Assembly (NCBI GenBank): GCA_964230645.1
Contig: CAXRHT010000002.1
Location: forward strand, 1,376,001 to 1,440,000
DNA from: Bdellovibrionales bacterium
Lineage (GTDB): Bacteria; Bdellovibrionota; Bdellovibrionia; Bdellovibrionales; JAGQZY01
Length of the DNA stretch: 64,000 bases
Direction of reading: 5' to 3'
Positions 19,503-29,581 of the stretch are shown here, in pieces. The notes beneath the pieces are model-generated. The model was given only the letters and a program-made list of their open reading frames with translations. It had not been told where the DNA came from and ran no database searches. The stretch's first letter is position 1. Each line of letters begins with the position of its first letter. A program made the position numbers and the translations under genes.

Positions 19503-21266
19503 ATGCGCTCAAGTTTCCTCCCCTTTTTTATACTGACCCTGCTTATTCTAGGGTGCCAGAGCAAGAGACTCGAGCAAGGTGGAGAGTCCTATAAACAAAT
19601 TTGCGGAAAATACTACATCAGAAGTGAAGCCTATCACATTTTTTCCGGTGTCTCCTTTGATTCCAATGAAAAAATATTGATTTGTGGCGCTGAAACTCCG
19701 GGATGGCAAGATCCTCCCACCAATCAAGCAAAATCTTTTATCAGAAATTTTCTAAGAGACCGAGGCCTTTACAATCCCACTTTCGAACAAAAAGAAGGTA
19801 AAATCTTTATTGATCCAGGAAGTGTCTCCGAGGTGGAGGGGATCAAATTTCACAATCCTCCCCCTGATTTTTTTGAATCAAAATTCATTGGTATCGACGG
19901 TAAAACAATTTCTTCGGAGAGTTTGGATCAAATAAAACAGTGGACTATTTCTCGACTCAGAACGCTCTCTTATCCGTGCCCTGAAGTATCGGTGAAGGCC
20001 AACCCAGAAACTGATCAGGTGGATGTTTATTTAAGTCCTGGAAAAAAGGAAAACATCAACAATCTTGAACGTTCACAGTTAGATCAATTAGACAGCAGAA
20101 TTCTTTCGCGCTTCGACGCTTTCCAAATAGGCGATCCTTATAAAGATGAAAATTTTATTCTCACATCCAGACGTATGATCGTCTCGGGACTTGTCGATTA
20201 TTCCGATTTTCACAACTACTGTGGTCGACCGGAGCGAGAGTCTAACCATTTCAACCATGAGATTACTTTTGCAAGACCCAGAAAATTTATTTTTGCTATT
20301 GGGGGCACGACTGAGGAATATCCCATTTTAAAATTAAGCTGGGAGCATAATAGAGTTGACAATAAAGCCTCGCGTTTTTTCTCTGAGCTCTATGCCTCTT
20401 CAAGAGAGCAATCGATTAGCTCTGAATTCAATTGGTATCCTTTTCCAAACACTCCCAGACTTCACTTTATTCCTCGTGTGGAGGTGGCTCGCTATTCTGA
20501 AAGAATTTACGAGGCTTTATCCCAAAAGCTCGGTATGGGACTTGCGAGTAGTGTGGATACGTTTCACAACCGATTTCGTTGGGAGCTCTCCCCCACCTAC
20601 AACGTGGAAAAAACCTTTCGTGGAGAAGGACCAGAGCATAGTAGTTTCTTCTCTCTCGATAGCTACCTCACCTTAATGAGTCACGCCTTTGAATTCTATC
20701 AAAATGCTCCAAGAAAAGGTTATTTGGTCGACCTCAACTGGTCGACTCGCCAACGTGGCTTAGGTTCGAGTATTGGTTTGAACCGTTACCTGCTCACGGC
20801 AAAATATCTGATGAACTGGGGAGGCTTTGATCCTCCACTTTTTGTGCTTGGATTTCGTTTTCAGTATGGTCTCTTAGATATCTCCCAACTTGACGATGCC
20901 CCCGTCAGTTCTCGCTTTTTCCTCGGTGGAGATGACAACCTTCGTGGCTTTCCTCGTAAATCTTTAAACAACCAGGGCCTTGGATATTCCTCCTACATTT
21001 ATTTAGGCACGGAGGCTCGCTTTCTAAAAGTCCTCCCCTTTGGCCTACAGCCTTTTTTACTCTACGATATTGCTAAGGTCGCTCTTGAAAATAACACTTT
21101 TATTGAACCGATTTTAACCTCAGCAGGAGCCGGTATGCGCTGGCAAAGTCCCTTTGGATCCTTTCGAGCCACACTGGCCTATGGGATGATCGATAACCAT
21201 GATCAATATGCTCTGGGTCCTACAAATCAGTGGAAAGCTTTTTTCAGCTTCGGAAAGGAGTTTTAG
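19503..21266 (+). CDS. Omp85 family outer membrane protein (TamA/BamA-like)
   Basis: FFLGGDDNLRGF (VRGF motif), GAGMRWQSPFG, C-terminal FSFGKEF; lipobox-like LILGC. Confidence 0.88.
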   Translation: MRSSFLPFFILTLLILGCQSKRLEQGGESYKQICGKYYIRSEAYHIFSGVSFDSNEKILICGAETPGWQDPPTNQAKSFIRNFLRDRGLYNPTFEQKEGKIFIDPGSVSEVEGIKFHNPPPDFFESKFIGIDGKTISSESLDQIKQWTISRLRTLSYPCPEVSVKANPETDQVDVYLSPGKKENINNLERSQLDQLDSRILSRFDAFQIGDPYKDENFILTSRRMIVSGLVDYSDFHNYCGRPERESNHFNHEITFARPRKFIFAIGGTTEEYPILKLSWEHNRVDNKASRFFSELYASSREQSISSEFNWYPFPNTPRLHFIPRVEVARYSERIYEALSQKLGMGLASSVDTFHNRFRWELSPTYNVEKTFRGEGPEHSSFFSLDSYLTLMSHAFEFYQNAPRKGYLVDLNWSTRQRGLGSSIGLNRYLLTAKYLMNWGGFDPPLFVLGFRFQYGLLDISQLDDAPVSSRFFLGGDDNLRGFPRKSLNNQGLGYSSYIYLGTEARFLKVLPFGLQPFLLYDIAKVALENNTFIEPILTSAGAGMRWQSPFGSFRATLAYGMIDNHDQYALGPTNQWKAFFSFGKEF

Positions 21267-23572
21267 TGAGATATGTAAAAGGTATTCTCATTACCCTTAT
21301 CTTGTTGATCGTTTCACTGACAACGATTGTCCTTCTTCTTTGGTATAACTTGGATTGGATCGCACATCCCGATGTTCTAGCAGCGACTCAAAAACGCTGG
21401 GCTCCAAAAGCGAAGGTTGAGTGGGATAAGATTGATATCGAAGTCACCAATCAGGGGTTTTTCAATAAAACCTTAAATTTGTCCATCGATGAGTCGACTT
21501 GCATCAAATGGAGTGCCACTGAAATATGTATCGAAAAGCTTGCACTGGTCGTCCCCGTTCAGCTCGCTCCACAGTTTAACTACAAAATTGAAAAATTAGT
21601 TTTGATCTCAAACCGATCCCACATCGCCTTGTATGAGTTTGCCAGTGGAAAGCAGGAGTCTACTCCTTTAAATTTTAACAGTCTCCTTTTGACCTATAAA
21701 AGCTATTTAAAACAAATTTTAAATCTTCGGCCCGAGGATTTTAAAATTGAAATATCCAACAGTGTTTTAGATTCAAAAGAATCTCAACAGAAAATCGACT
21801 TTTCTATTGATAAGAAGCAGGTCTCTTTAAATTTTAAACAGGAGACTATGCAGGTCGCGCTCAGCGGAGATCTTAGCACTCTTTCTAAAAACGAGCTCGC
21901 ATTGAAATTAAAGACAGACGTCAAAACAGAATCCTGGCTACTAAACACCCAGGTCAATCTCACTGCGAAAACCTCTGGAGAGAATAAAATTGATATTCTG
22001 GCGATTGATAAAAGTAAAGATGAAGGGATTCCCTCATTTAACCGAGTGGAGACGAGTCTTGATTTAAAAATTAGTGAGGACGGCAGTCGTTTGGCTATTG
22101 ATACCTTTGATTTAAAACCCGATTACGGCTTTGATCGTCTGATTGGGAAAGCCTGCGTGGTACAGTTTTATTCTAGGGATGAAGAAAGTACGACTTGGAA
22201 CTGCCAAAATCTTCGTGTGAGCCGGTTTGACTCACAACAGATCAGAAACTTAAAGAAAGAATTTAAGGCTGTTGAAGATATGCTTTCAGACCTGAACGTT
22301 AAACTTAAAGGCTATCTTAATGAAAAGAATCTTTCCTCAAAAGAAAAAGCCAAATTGGCGGAGGTGAGCCTCAGTGCTGAGAGCGTGAAAAAAGGCTTTA
22401 TGACTCTTGATCTAGCCACTCAAGCTGAGTTCTTCCAATCCGAAAAGAAATTGAGTTGGAATATAAATAATCTTGATACAAATATTAAGATCAACTCATT
22501 TCAAGAAGTGGTCAAAAGACTCAAAGGCAGTCGCTGGGCTATCCCCATGCCGCTGAATACATTGGACGGAACAATCAAGATTGATGTCGAAAAAATTACC
22601 TCCATGACAAGCTCAACTGAAGTGCAAGGACAGGCTCGGATACTTCTTAAAGGAAAAGGTCAACAAAAAGTAGACCTTACAATGAATGGCACCTACACCC
22701 ACAGTATGGACACTGATAAACGTCCCCATAATTTAAAAGCCGTCATCGAGATTGGTAAAGTCTCATTTCATTTACCCCCCTTTGATCCTCTTAAAGGCAT
22801 TCCCTCTGTCGCTAGAGATTCACGCATTAGCACTGAGTCCAATAAAAAGCCGAAAGAAGAAAAATCAACTTTTGATTACAACATTAAGATAGAATCAAAG
22901 AGTAAAGACAGTATTCAAGTTTTTTACAAACATTTCGAGCCTTATTTAACCGCCTCACTTAAAGGAGAGCTCACCCCCAATCAGAGTCAGTTTTCTGTGA
23001 AGATTGAGGACCCTTTTAAAATCTCCTATTTACGACGAGAAGTAACCATCGTTAATTTTGTTTTAGAAAACAACCAAATAGCCAAAGATAAAATCGATAT
23101 TGACGGTCGAATTCGTTACGAAGCTTCTGGGTATATTGTATTCATTGATGTTCTAGGTGATATCGGAAGTCCACGAGTAAAACTTTCGAGTCAACCGAGT
23201 CTCTCGCGAGATGACATTATTTCTTTACTTCTCTACAAACGAACACGCAGTGATCTCACTCAGGCTCAACAACAAAATGTGGGTGGAGCCAACGCTGCTC
23301 TCACCGACCGCGCTATTGGTCTGATAGGAATTTGGGCCTTTGCTTCCACTCCAGTAGAAAGTGTGTATTACGACTCACAAACTCAGAGCTATCAGGCCGT
23401 AATCGGTCTTCCCGGCGAGGTAAATTTGAGTCTAGGAACTGATTGGGAGAATTCCCGATTTGTGGGCCTAAGGAAAAGACTCTCAGACCGCTGGTTCTTA
23501 GTGACTGGCTACGAATCAGGTGATGAACAAGGTGTAGGAAATATTTTCTTGCAAAGAGAGTATACCTACTGA
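21266..23572 (+). CDS. TamB/AsmA-like protein (C-terminal DUF490-like region)
   Basis: N-terminal TM, beta-rich body, G-x-x-x-x-P-x-x-x-LSSQPSLSRDDIISLLL, C-terminal EYTY; GTG overlaps the Omp85 stop, with SD AAGGAG. Confidence 0.75.
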   Translation: MRYVKGILITLILLIVSLTTIVLLLWYNLDWIAHPDVLAATQKRWAPKAKVEWDKIDIEVTNQGFFNKTLNLSIDESTCIKWSATEICIEKLALVVPVQLAPQFNYKIEKLVLISNRSHIALYEFASGKQESTPLNFNSLLLTYKSYLKQILNLRPEDFKIEISNSVLDSKESQQKIDFSIDKKQVSLNFKQETMQVALSGDLSTLSKNELALKLKTDVKTESWLLNTQVNLTAKTSGENKIDILAIDKSKDEGIPSFNRVETSLDLKISEDGSRLAIDTFDLKPDYGFDRLIGKACVVQFYSRDEESTTWNCQNLRVSRFDSQQIRNLKKEFKAVEDMLSDLNVKLKGYLNEKNLSSKEKAKLAEVSLSAESVKKGFMTLDLATQAEFFQSEKKLSWNINNLDTNIKINSFQEVVKRLKGSRWAIPMPLNTLDGTIKIDVEKITSMTSSTEVQGQARILLKGKGQQKVDLTMNGTYTHSMDTDKRPHNLKAVIEIGKVSFHLPPFDPLKGIPSVARDSRISTESNKKPKEEKSTFDYNIKIESKSKDSIQVFYKHFEPYLTASLKGELTPNQSQFSVKIEDPFKISYLRREVTIVNFVLENNQIAKDKIDIDGRIRYEASGYIVFIDVLGDIGSPRVKLSSQPSLSRDDIISLLLYKRTRSDLTQAQQQNVGGANAALTDRAIGLIGIWAFASTPVESVYYDSQTQSYQAVIGLPGEVNLSLGTDWENSRFVGLRKRLSDRWFLVTGYESGDEQGVGNIFLQREYTY

Positions 23573-23707
23573 TGAACTCATTCTTGGAAGTTTTAGACTC
23601 TGATCGATTATATTTCTTACACAAGACTTTACCACCAAGGGCCCCTAAGGTATGGATAAATCTGAAGAAAGGATACTGCTTGTCCAGCGTGCTCTTGAGT
23701 GCACATA

Positions 23708-23823
23708 TGTCATCCTGAGCGAACACATGTCGCTCTGAACGCATAAATGTCATCCTGAGCGGCAGCGAAGGATCTTAGGTCTTTCGCTTCGCTCAAGACG
23801 ACAATTGTTCGCTCAAGACGACA
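23708..23823. repeat. Nested REP-like inverted repeats (TGTCATCCTGAGCG...CGCTCAAGACGACA)
   Basis: Outer arms 23708-23724 and 23807-23823; inner arms 23748-23775 and 23777-23803; imperfect complements, mostly G-U compatible. Confidence 0.8.
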
Positions 23824-23878
23824 AGTTTTTAGCAGGTGGCGGAAAATCGACCGGACAGCGGTAAAGAAAGGAAGGACT

Positions 23879-24757
23879 TTGAAGGTTTTTAAAAAGATTT
23901 ACTTCTTTTTTAGCTTATTAATTAAGCCTCTCTTAGAGGATAGAATCTGGGATGGGGCCGCGGCTCTAGCCTTCTATCTTATTCTCTCTTTGTTCCCAGG
24001 AATGATCGTCTTACTGGGACTGGCCTCTTACCTTCCACTCAATCAAATGATGTCAGCTTATTCCGACTTTGCCTTGATTTATCTCCCACAAAATCAGCTC
24101 GAACTATTTCAATCTGTTGTTGATGACATAAGCAGTGGTGAACAAACAGGCCTTCTTTCCTTTGGATTTTTATTCGCTTTATGGACAGCGACCACAGGAG
24201 TGGGTGCGATCATTCGCCAACTCAACTACGTTTACGACATCAGTGAGAGAAGAAATATCGTAAAAATTCGCCTACTCTCAGGTGGTATAGCGATTACCTT
24301 AATTGTTAGTTTTATGCTTTCCTTTGTGGTCTTGGTCATCGGTAAAGAGCTGACAACCCTACTCGTCGACATGGCACTGATTCCGTGGACAATGAATTTA
24401 ATCCTTCCATTAATTCGCTATTCTTTGGCTGGCGTGGTTGTGTTTTTAATCTTTGCTATCGTTAATGTCCTCGGTCCCCATAGAAAAAAGCGGGGTTATG
24501 TTGTGGTTCCCGGTTGTATTGTAAGCTCTATACTATTCTTACTCTCCTCCTTTCTATTTAGTTTCTACCTTAATAAGGTGACAGATTACTCGGCCACCTA
24601 CGGAAGTATCGGAACTGTGGTGGGTCTATTAATGTGGCTCTATCTTTTTGCACTAAGCCTACTCATTGGCTCAGAGTTTAACCATAGATTAGATAAAAGA
24701 AAAAAAGTAAACTCAGGACTTTCTGCGCAAGTGGGTGAAAAATTGAGGTCAACATGA
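23879..24757 (+). CDS. YihY/virulence factor BrkB family membrane protein
   Basis: AAALAFYLILSLFP, YSATYGSIG...LMWLY...GSEFN. Confidence 0.9.
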   Translation: MKVFKKIYFFFSLLIKPLLEDRIWDGAAALAFYLILSLFPGMIVLLGLASYLPLNQMMSAYSDFALIYLPQNQLELFQSVVDDISSGEQTGLLSFGFLFALWTATTGVGAIIRQLNYVYDISERRNIVKIRLLSGGIAITLIVSFMLSFVVLVIGKELTTLLVDMALIPWTMNLILPLIRYSLAGVVVFLIFAIVNVLGPHRKKRGYVVVPGCIVSSILFLLSSFLFSFYLNKVTDYSATYGSIGTVVGLLMWLYLFALSLLIGSEFNHRLDKRKKVNSGLSAQVGEKLRST

Positions 24758-26043
24758 GCCAAAGAAAAGTGGGAATTGTCGGTGGAGGATTTGCTGGTCT
24801 TAGCCTTGCTCAAGAACTTGCTAATAATCCCAATTTTGAAATCACTTTGATCGATCGAAGAAATCATCACCTTTTCCAACCCCTTCTCTATCAGGTGGCT
24901 ATGGCAGGGCTTAACCCCTCTGAAATTGCTGAACCTTTCCGGAGACTCTTGGGGCGCGCTAAAAACGTCGAGATTATCATGGCCGAAGTCAGCGCTGTTG
25001 ATCCAGAAAAACGACAAGTGTGGTTTTCCGATCAAACAAAGTCTTTTGACTATTTAGCCCTGGCTTGCGGATCAAAACACTTTTACTTTGGCAATGACGA
25101 GTGGGAACGCTGGGCTCCCGGCTTGAAAAGCCTAGAGCAAGCCACAGAAATTCGCCGTCGCATCCTTTTGGCTTTCGAAATGGCCGAAAAAGAAACCGAC
25201 CCCAAAAAGAAAGAGTCTTGGCTCACTTTTGTGGTTGTGGGTGGTGGCCCCACCGGTGTTGAGCTGGCTGGCGCCATCTCAGAAATGACGAAAAGAACGC
25301 TTTATAAAGATTATAAACACGTCGATTTAAGAAAAACCAACATCCATATTGTGGAAGCCGGCGAGCGCCTCCTCAAAGCTTTCCCTGAAAATCTCTCCGC
25401 TCAAACCAAAAAAGATTTGCAAGACCTTGGAGTCAAAGTGCATTTAGGCACTCAGGCTGGTGATTTGAGTGCCCAAGGTGTGAGCCTTGGTGAGGAATGG
25501 ATTTCCTGTCGCACCATCCTCTGGGCCGCGGGAGTGCAAGCCTCCCGTCTTGGACAAAGTATGGAAGTGGAAAAATTAAAAGATGGTCGAATCAAAGTGG
25601 AAAAAGATTTAAGCCTTCCCAATTATCCCAATGTCTTTGTCATGGGAGACCAAGCCGCCTTTACGGATGAGAATGGTCAACATTTACCCGGTCTGGCTCC
25701 AGTAGCCATTCAGGAAGGTCAGTATTTAGCTAAGCTCTTAAAAAGAGAAGCCCAGGGCAAAGAAAGAGAGCCTTTTCATTATTTTGATAAAGGTATTATG
25801 GCCACGATCGGACGCTCTCGAGCCGTGGTGAAAACCGGCCCCTTTGAGTTCTCTGGATTTTTCGCGTGGCTGACATGGGCTCTCGTTCATATTGCTTATC
25901 TTGTGCAGTGGAGAAATCGTTTCTTTGTTCTTATGCAGTGGTGCTGGTCTTATTTTCGTTTCGGTCGTGGAGCTCGCTTGATTGTGAACAAGTCTTGGCG
26001 ATTTTACGGAAAACGTCCTAAAAAAGTTGAACTACCGGATTGA
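24754..26043 (+). CDS. ndh: Type II NADH dehydrogenase (NAD(P)/FAD oxidoreductase)
   Basis: GGGFAG, HLFQPLLYQVA, GGGPTGVELAG, WAAGV, KGIMATIGR. Confidence 0.9.
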   Translation: MSQRKVGIVGGGFAGLSLAQELANNPNFEITLIDRRNHHLFQPLLYQVAMAGLNPSEIAEPFRRLLGRAKNVEIIMAEVSAVDPEKRQVWFSDQTKSFDYLALACGSKHFYFGNDEWERWAPGLKSLEQATEIRRRILLAFEMAEKETDPKKKESWLTFVVVGGGPTGVELAGAISEMTKRTLYKDYKHVDLRKTNIHIVEAGERLLKAFPENLSAQTKKDLQDLGVKVHLGTQAGDLSAQGVSLGEEWISCRTILWAAGVQASRLGQSMEVEKLKDGRIKVEKDLSLPNYPNVFVMGDQAAFTDENGQHLPGLAPVAIQEGQYLAKLLKREAQGKEREPFHYFDKGIMATIGRSRAVVKTGPFEFSGFFAWLTWALVHIAYLVQWRNRFFVLMQWCWSYFRFGRGARLIVNKSWRFYGKRPKKVELPD

Positions 26044-26100
26044 ATAATCCGCTTTCCGCCTATTTTTAATCGAAATCCTAGAATTTTTTGGCAATGAGCC

Positions 26101-26125
26101 GTCCGGATATTGCAAATATCCGGAC
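26101..26125. promoter_or_regulatory. Perfect 11-bp inverted repeat abutting the secretin start
   Basis: GTCCGGATATT-GCA-AATATCCGGAC, 2 nt before ATG 26128. Confidence 0.5.
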
Positions 26126-26127
26126 TC

Positions 26128-27378
26128 ATGAAAAATTTTATCTATTTATCATTGATACTGTTTGCCGCCCCTCTTTGGGGGAAAGATATATATCTGGCCA
26201 TCGGAGAATCCCATTCCTTTGCCAGTCGCCCTTTGCAAAAAGTGATTGTCCAGAAAAAGGGGCTTCTCTCCCTTTACGATCACAAAAACAAAATAACGAT
26301 CACTGGAAAAAAATTGGGTAAAACCAGACTGGAAATCGGAGAGGATATTTTTGAGGTTTTCATTTTACACCGCAAGAAATACCGCACTTTACAGGCCCTT
26401 AAAAAATGGAGAGCTGGCAAAAGAGGTCCTTTTATTGAAGTTAAGAATAAAAAGGTCATCCTTAATGGTAAAATTCTTTTACTCAATGATTTCAAAAGTT
26501 TAAAGAATTTCTGTCATGACTTCTGTGATTACGAAAATCAAACACAATACTCTCCCCAATTGCAAAAAGAAGTTCAATCTTACCTGGATGAGCTTTTAAG
26601 CACTAACAACCTCACGGCAGCAAAATTAAAAACCTCACCCTACCACACTCTTCGCTTTCCGAAGTCAGAGAAGGATCAGCTATCAGAGTATCGCAGTCTC
26701 CTTTCCCCTTTTGGGGTGCAATGGTTCTTTGATAACAATACCTTTAAGCAGAATTCGACCATTGAAATTCAAGTTTATATTGCCCATTTGAAGAAAAGTT
26801 TTCTCAGGCAATGGGGTGTCGAGTGGCCGAGTCGTCTATCAGCTTCCGTTGTACCAGGTCAAAGTCCCCAAATTGACAGCTTTCAAGTCGCCATCAATGC
26901 TCTTGAGGCCTCTGGAAACGGTCAAATGCTGGCCTCTCCGACACTTGTCACTGAATCCGGCAAGGAAGCACAGTTTCATTCCGGTGGAGAGTTTCCTATT
27001 CAGACACGAAACACCTTTAATAACTCCGTTGACTGGAAAAGATACGGTCTCTTTCTTAAGACAACACCAACGAGTAATTCTCAAAATAATATGAATATTA
27101 AAATTGATTTAGACATCTCCACTCTTGATCATTCTCAGGCGGTTAATGGTATTCCTGGTTTAAATCGAAGCCACCTAAACACCCAGGTTACAATGGTGTC
27201 TCCGCGACCAGTGCTGCTTTCCGGCTTTCTTCAACAGGGTAGTGAGCAAGCCCGATCTGGTCTGCCTTGGCTTTCTCAAATACCCGTGTTTTCCCCTCTG
27301 TTTTCCACAGGACAAATACATAACACCGAATACGAACTGGTTTTTATCCTCATGCCAAGGCTTTACGATGCTCAATGA
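26128..27378 (+). CDS. Tad/Flp pilus secretin (RcpA/CpaC-like)
   Basis: Signal peptide, ITGKKLGKTRL N-domain, LASPTLVTESGKEAQFHSGGEFP, GLPWLSQIPVF...ELVFILMP. Confidence 0.85.
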   Translation: MKNFIYLSLILFAAPLWGKDIYLAIGESHSFASRPLQKVIVQKKGLLSLYDHKNKITITGKKLGKTRLEIGEDIFEVFILHRKKYRTLQALKKWRAGKRGPFIEVKNKKVILNGKILLLNDFKSLKNFCHDFCDYENQTQYSPQLQKEVQSYLDELLSTNNLTAAKLKTSPYHTLRFPKSEKDQLSEYRSLLSPFGVQWFFDNNTFKQNSTIEIQVYIAHLKKSFLRQWGVEWPSRLSASVVPGQSPQIDSFQVAINALEASGNGQMLASPTLVTESGKEAQFHSGGEFPIQTRNTFNNSVDWKRYGLFLKTTPTSNSQNNMNIKIDLDISTLDHSQAVNGIPGLNRSHLNTQVTMVSPRPVLLSGFLQQGSEQARSGLPWLSQIPVFSPLFSTGQIHNTEYELVFILMPRLYDAQ

Positions 27379-28480
27379 AAAACAAAGACTCAACGAGATT
27401 TTCAGTCAATACAATCCGATGGATCAAATTGACAGAGGACTCTTTCAAAAAAACAAGGAAAAAGAATTTGAGAACTTTGTACTAGAAAAAACCAAAGATC
27501 TTGATCCAATGATCCAGCAAAGAATTATTGAAGAGATCTTCTACTGGGGTCCGCTTAGTCCCCTTCTAGAAAAGGACGACCTTTTTGATATTATTATCCA
27601 AGGGCCAGAAGCCATCTATTACGAAACCTCAAAAGGTATGGAGAAACTCAATGACTGTTTTCTTTCAGAGATTTCCTTTCAAAACTTCGTTGATAGACTG
27701 AGTCATGAAAGCTCTATCATCGTTGATAAGAAAACACCTTTTGCGAATGGAAAATTTAAAAGCTTTCGGGTCCATATTGCGATACCTCCTGTTGTTAAAG
27801 AAACAACCATTACCTTGAGAAAACACAACACCCGTATTTTTAGCCTCGACCAATTGGAACAATCCGGCTTTTTAACAAGCCCGCAAAAGCAATGGTTCTC
27901 CAGTGTTCTTGATGAGAGAAGAAATTTTCTTGTTATCGGACCTACAGGATCGGGTAAGACCACTTTTATTAACTCCTTGCTACAGTCTATACCAGAGACG
28001 GAAAGAATCGTTATCACCGAGGACACCGATGAATTAAATCCGCCCTCCTCACTCACAGCAAAAATGATCTCTCGAGAAATTTGTCCGGACTCGCTCGATC
28101 CAGTGACGATGGGAGATCTAGTCAAACAAAGTCTGAGAATGCGTCCTGATAGAGTTGTGGTCGGAGAAGTCCGGGGAGAGGAAGCCAAAGACTTACTGCA
28201 AGCTCTAGCCACTGGTCATTCGGGCTCTATGGGAACACTTCATGCTCATTCGGCTGCGCAAGCCCTTATTCGTCTTGAAATGCTGATCCAAATGGGAGCA
28301 CCTCAGTGGAGTCTATACTCCATCCGGCAGCTCATTCGAATGAGTCTAGACTATCTTATCGTTTTAAAAGAAAACAGACTTTCAAAAGGGATTAAAGAGG
28401 TTGTTCAGATCGGTGCTCTTGAGGACTTTGGACTTTTATTAGAAGAAGTCGATTTCTCTCACCCCATGATAATTCCCTAA
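27368..28480 (+). CDS. CpaF/TadA family pilus assembly ATPase
   Basis: GPTGSGKTT, EDTDEL, LRMRPDRVVVGEVRG, TGHSGSMGTLHA. Confidence 0.92.
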   Translation: MLNEKQRLNEIFSQYNPMDQIDRGLFQKNKEKEFENFVLEKTKDLDPMIQQRIIEEIFYWGPLSPLLEKDDLFDIIIQGPEAIYYETSKGMEKLNDCFLSEISFQNFVDRLSHESSIIVDKKTPFANGKFKSFRVHIAIPPVVKETTITLRKHNTRIFSLDQLEQSGFLTSPQKQWFSSVLDERRNFLVIGPTGSGKTTFINSLLQSIPETERIVITEDTDELNPPSSLTAKMISREICPDSLDPVTMGDLVKQSLRMRPDRVVVGEVRGEEAKDLLQALATGHSGSMGTLHAHSAAQALIRLEMLIQMGAPQWSLYSIRQLIRMSLDYLIVLKENRLSKGIKEVVQIGALEDFGLLLEEVDFSHPMIIP

Positions 28481-28562
28481 GATCTTTTCCCATCAAGTCT
28501 TGCATTTGGACCGATGAGTTCTGTCTGGTTGAAAAAAGTTTGGGCCTAATTAAAAAATAAGA

Positions 28563-29561
28563 ATGGCTCACCTTTCTAAAATAACAGTTGGGATTTCCCT
28601 TTTTCTTCATGCCATTGCTTTTTATTTTCTGTTAGAGAAAAAACTCCCACTGTCAGAAGAGAAGATGGCTGAAATTCCAAAACTCTATTTTGTCGAAGAG
28701 AAGGACGCTAAGGGAGCGTCCAAGAAGAGTCGGAAAAACATAAGAAAGAAAGCCCTCCTGGCTCCAAATAAAGCTGCGAATAAAAATTTGCCCAAAAAAT
28801 GGGAGGCCAATGAGGCCTTTAAAAAATTCCAAAGCTTCTCTCCCAAGGTCTACGACGACCACTACTATGGCGAAAGCGGCGGAAGTGAGTCGAGCCCTTT
28901 TCGTGGAGAATGGAGTGATAAACCCGTGATGGCCACATTACAGTCTATGGATCTTCCAGAAATTAGTGAAAATATTTATTTCTTCGAGCTTCTGCGTGAG
29001 AGAATCAACCGAGCGGTTCTTTACCCGAAGGATCTTGCTGAGCACAAAATTACTGGGAAAATCTGGGTGAAGATCCTTGTCGATCCCAAGGGACAACTGC
29101 TTCAGGTTCTCAGTAAGTCAAACAAACAACCCGTACTGGAAGCCTATGTCATCGTAAATATTTTTGAAGCTCTTAAAGAGGTCTTCCCTCAAAAATATTG
29201 GTATTCAAAAAATAAGGATCTCGCTTTTTTATTGAATTTTGATTTTTCCGTATCATCAGTACCTAATCAAAAGCCTCTTCATTTTGCACAGTCGGAAAAA
29301 AACCGAATGGACTTTATAAGAAGGGCGAAAATTCCTAACCTTTTAGAAGAGTTGGCCACTGACTACGCTCGCTATTTTCCACCGATTGTACCCACACCGG
29401 CGGGTCCTATCATCAACTTCGTGCAAGTTTACCGCATGATTGAAGCTTGGTCGGACCTGAATCCTATCGAGAGAAAAAAACAGCGGCTTCGACTAACAAA
29501 ACAAAAAATTAATTTGATGCTCAAGAGGCAAAAAAATAGGGAACCCAGCGGCTCCCTTTAG
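28563..29561 (+). CDS. Membrane-anchored TonB C-terminal-like domain protein
   Basis: SLFLHAI TM (S-x-x-L-H), Lys-rich linker, YPKDLAEHKITGKIWVKILVDPKGQL. Confidence 0.6.
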   Translation: MAHLSKITVGISLFLHAIAFYFLLEKKLPLSEEKMAEIPKLYFVEEKDAKGASKKSRKNIRKKALLAPNKAANKNLPKKWEANEAFKKFQSFSPKVYDDHYYGESGGSESSPFRGEWSDKPVMATLQSMDLPEISENIYFFELLRERINRAVLYPKDLAEHKITGKIWVKILVDPKGQLLQVLSKSNKQPVLEAYVIVNIFEALKEVFPQKYWYSKNKDLAFLLNFDFSVSSVPNQKPLHFAQSEKNRMDFIRRAKIPNLLEELATDYARYFPPIVPTPAGPIINFVQVYRMIEAWSDLNPIERKKQRLRLTKQKINLMLKRQKNREPSGSL

Positions 29562-29581
29562 TAGACGTAATCACTCTTTTA

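Noticed and set aside
23708..23823. CRISPR mini-array or tRNA
   Set aside because: The repeats are inverted and nested, with no regular spacers, cas genes or cloverleaf.
28493..28517. TCAAG...ACCGATGA as a sigma28 promoter
   Set aside because: The spacer is 2 nt shorter than consensus; too weak to call.
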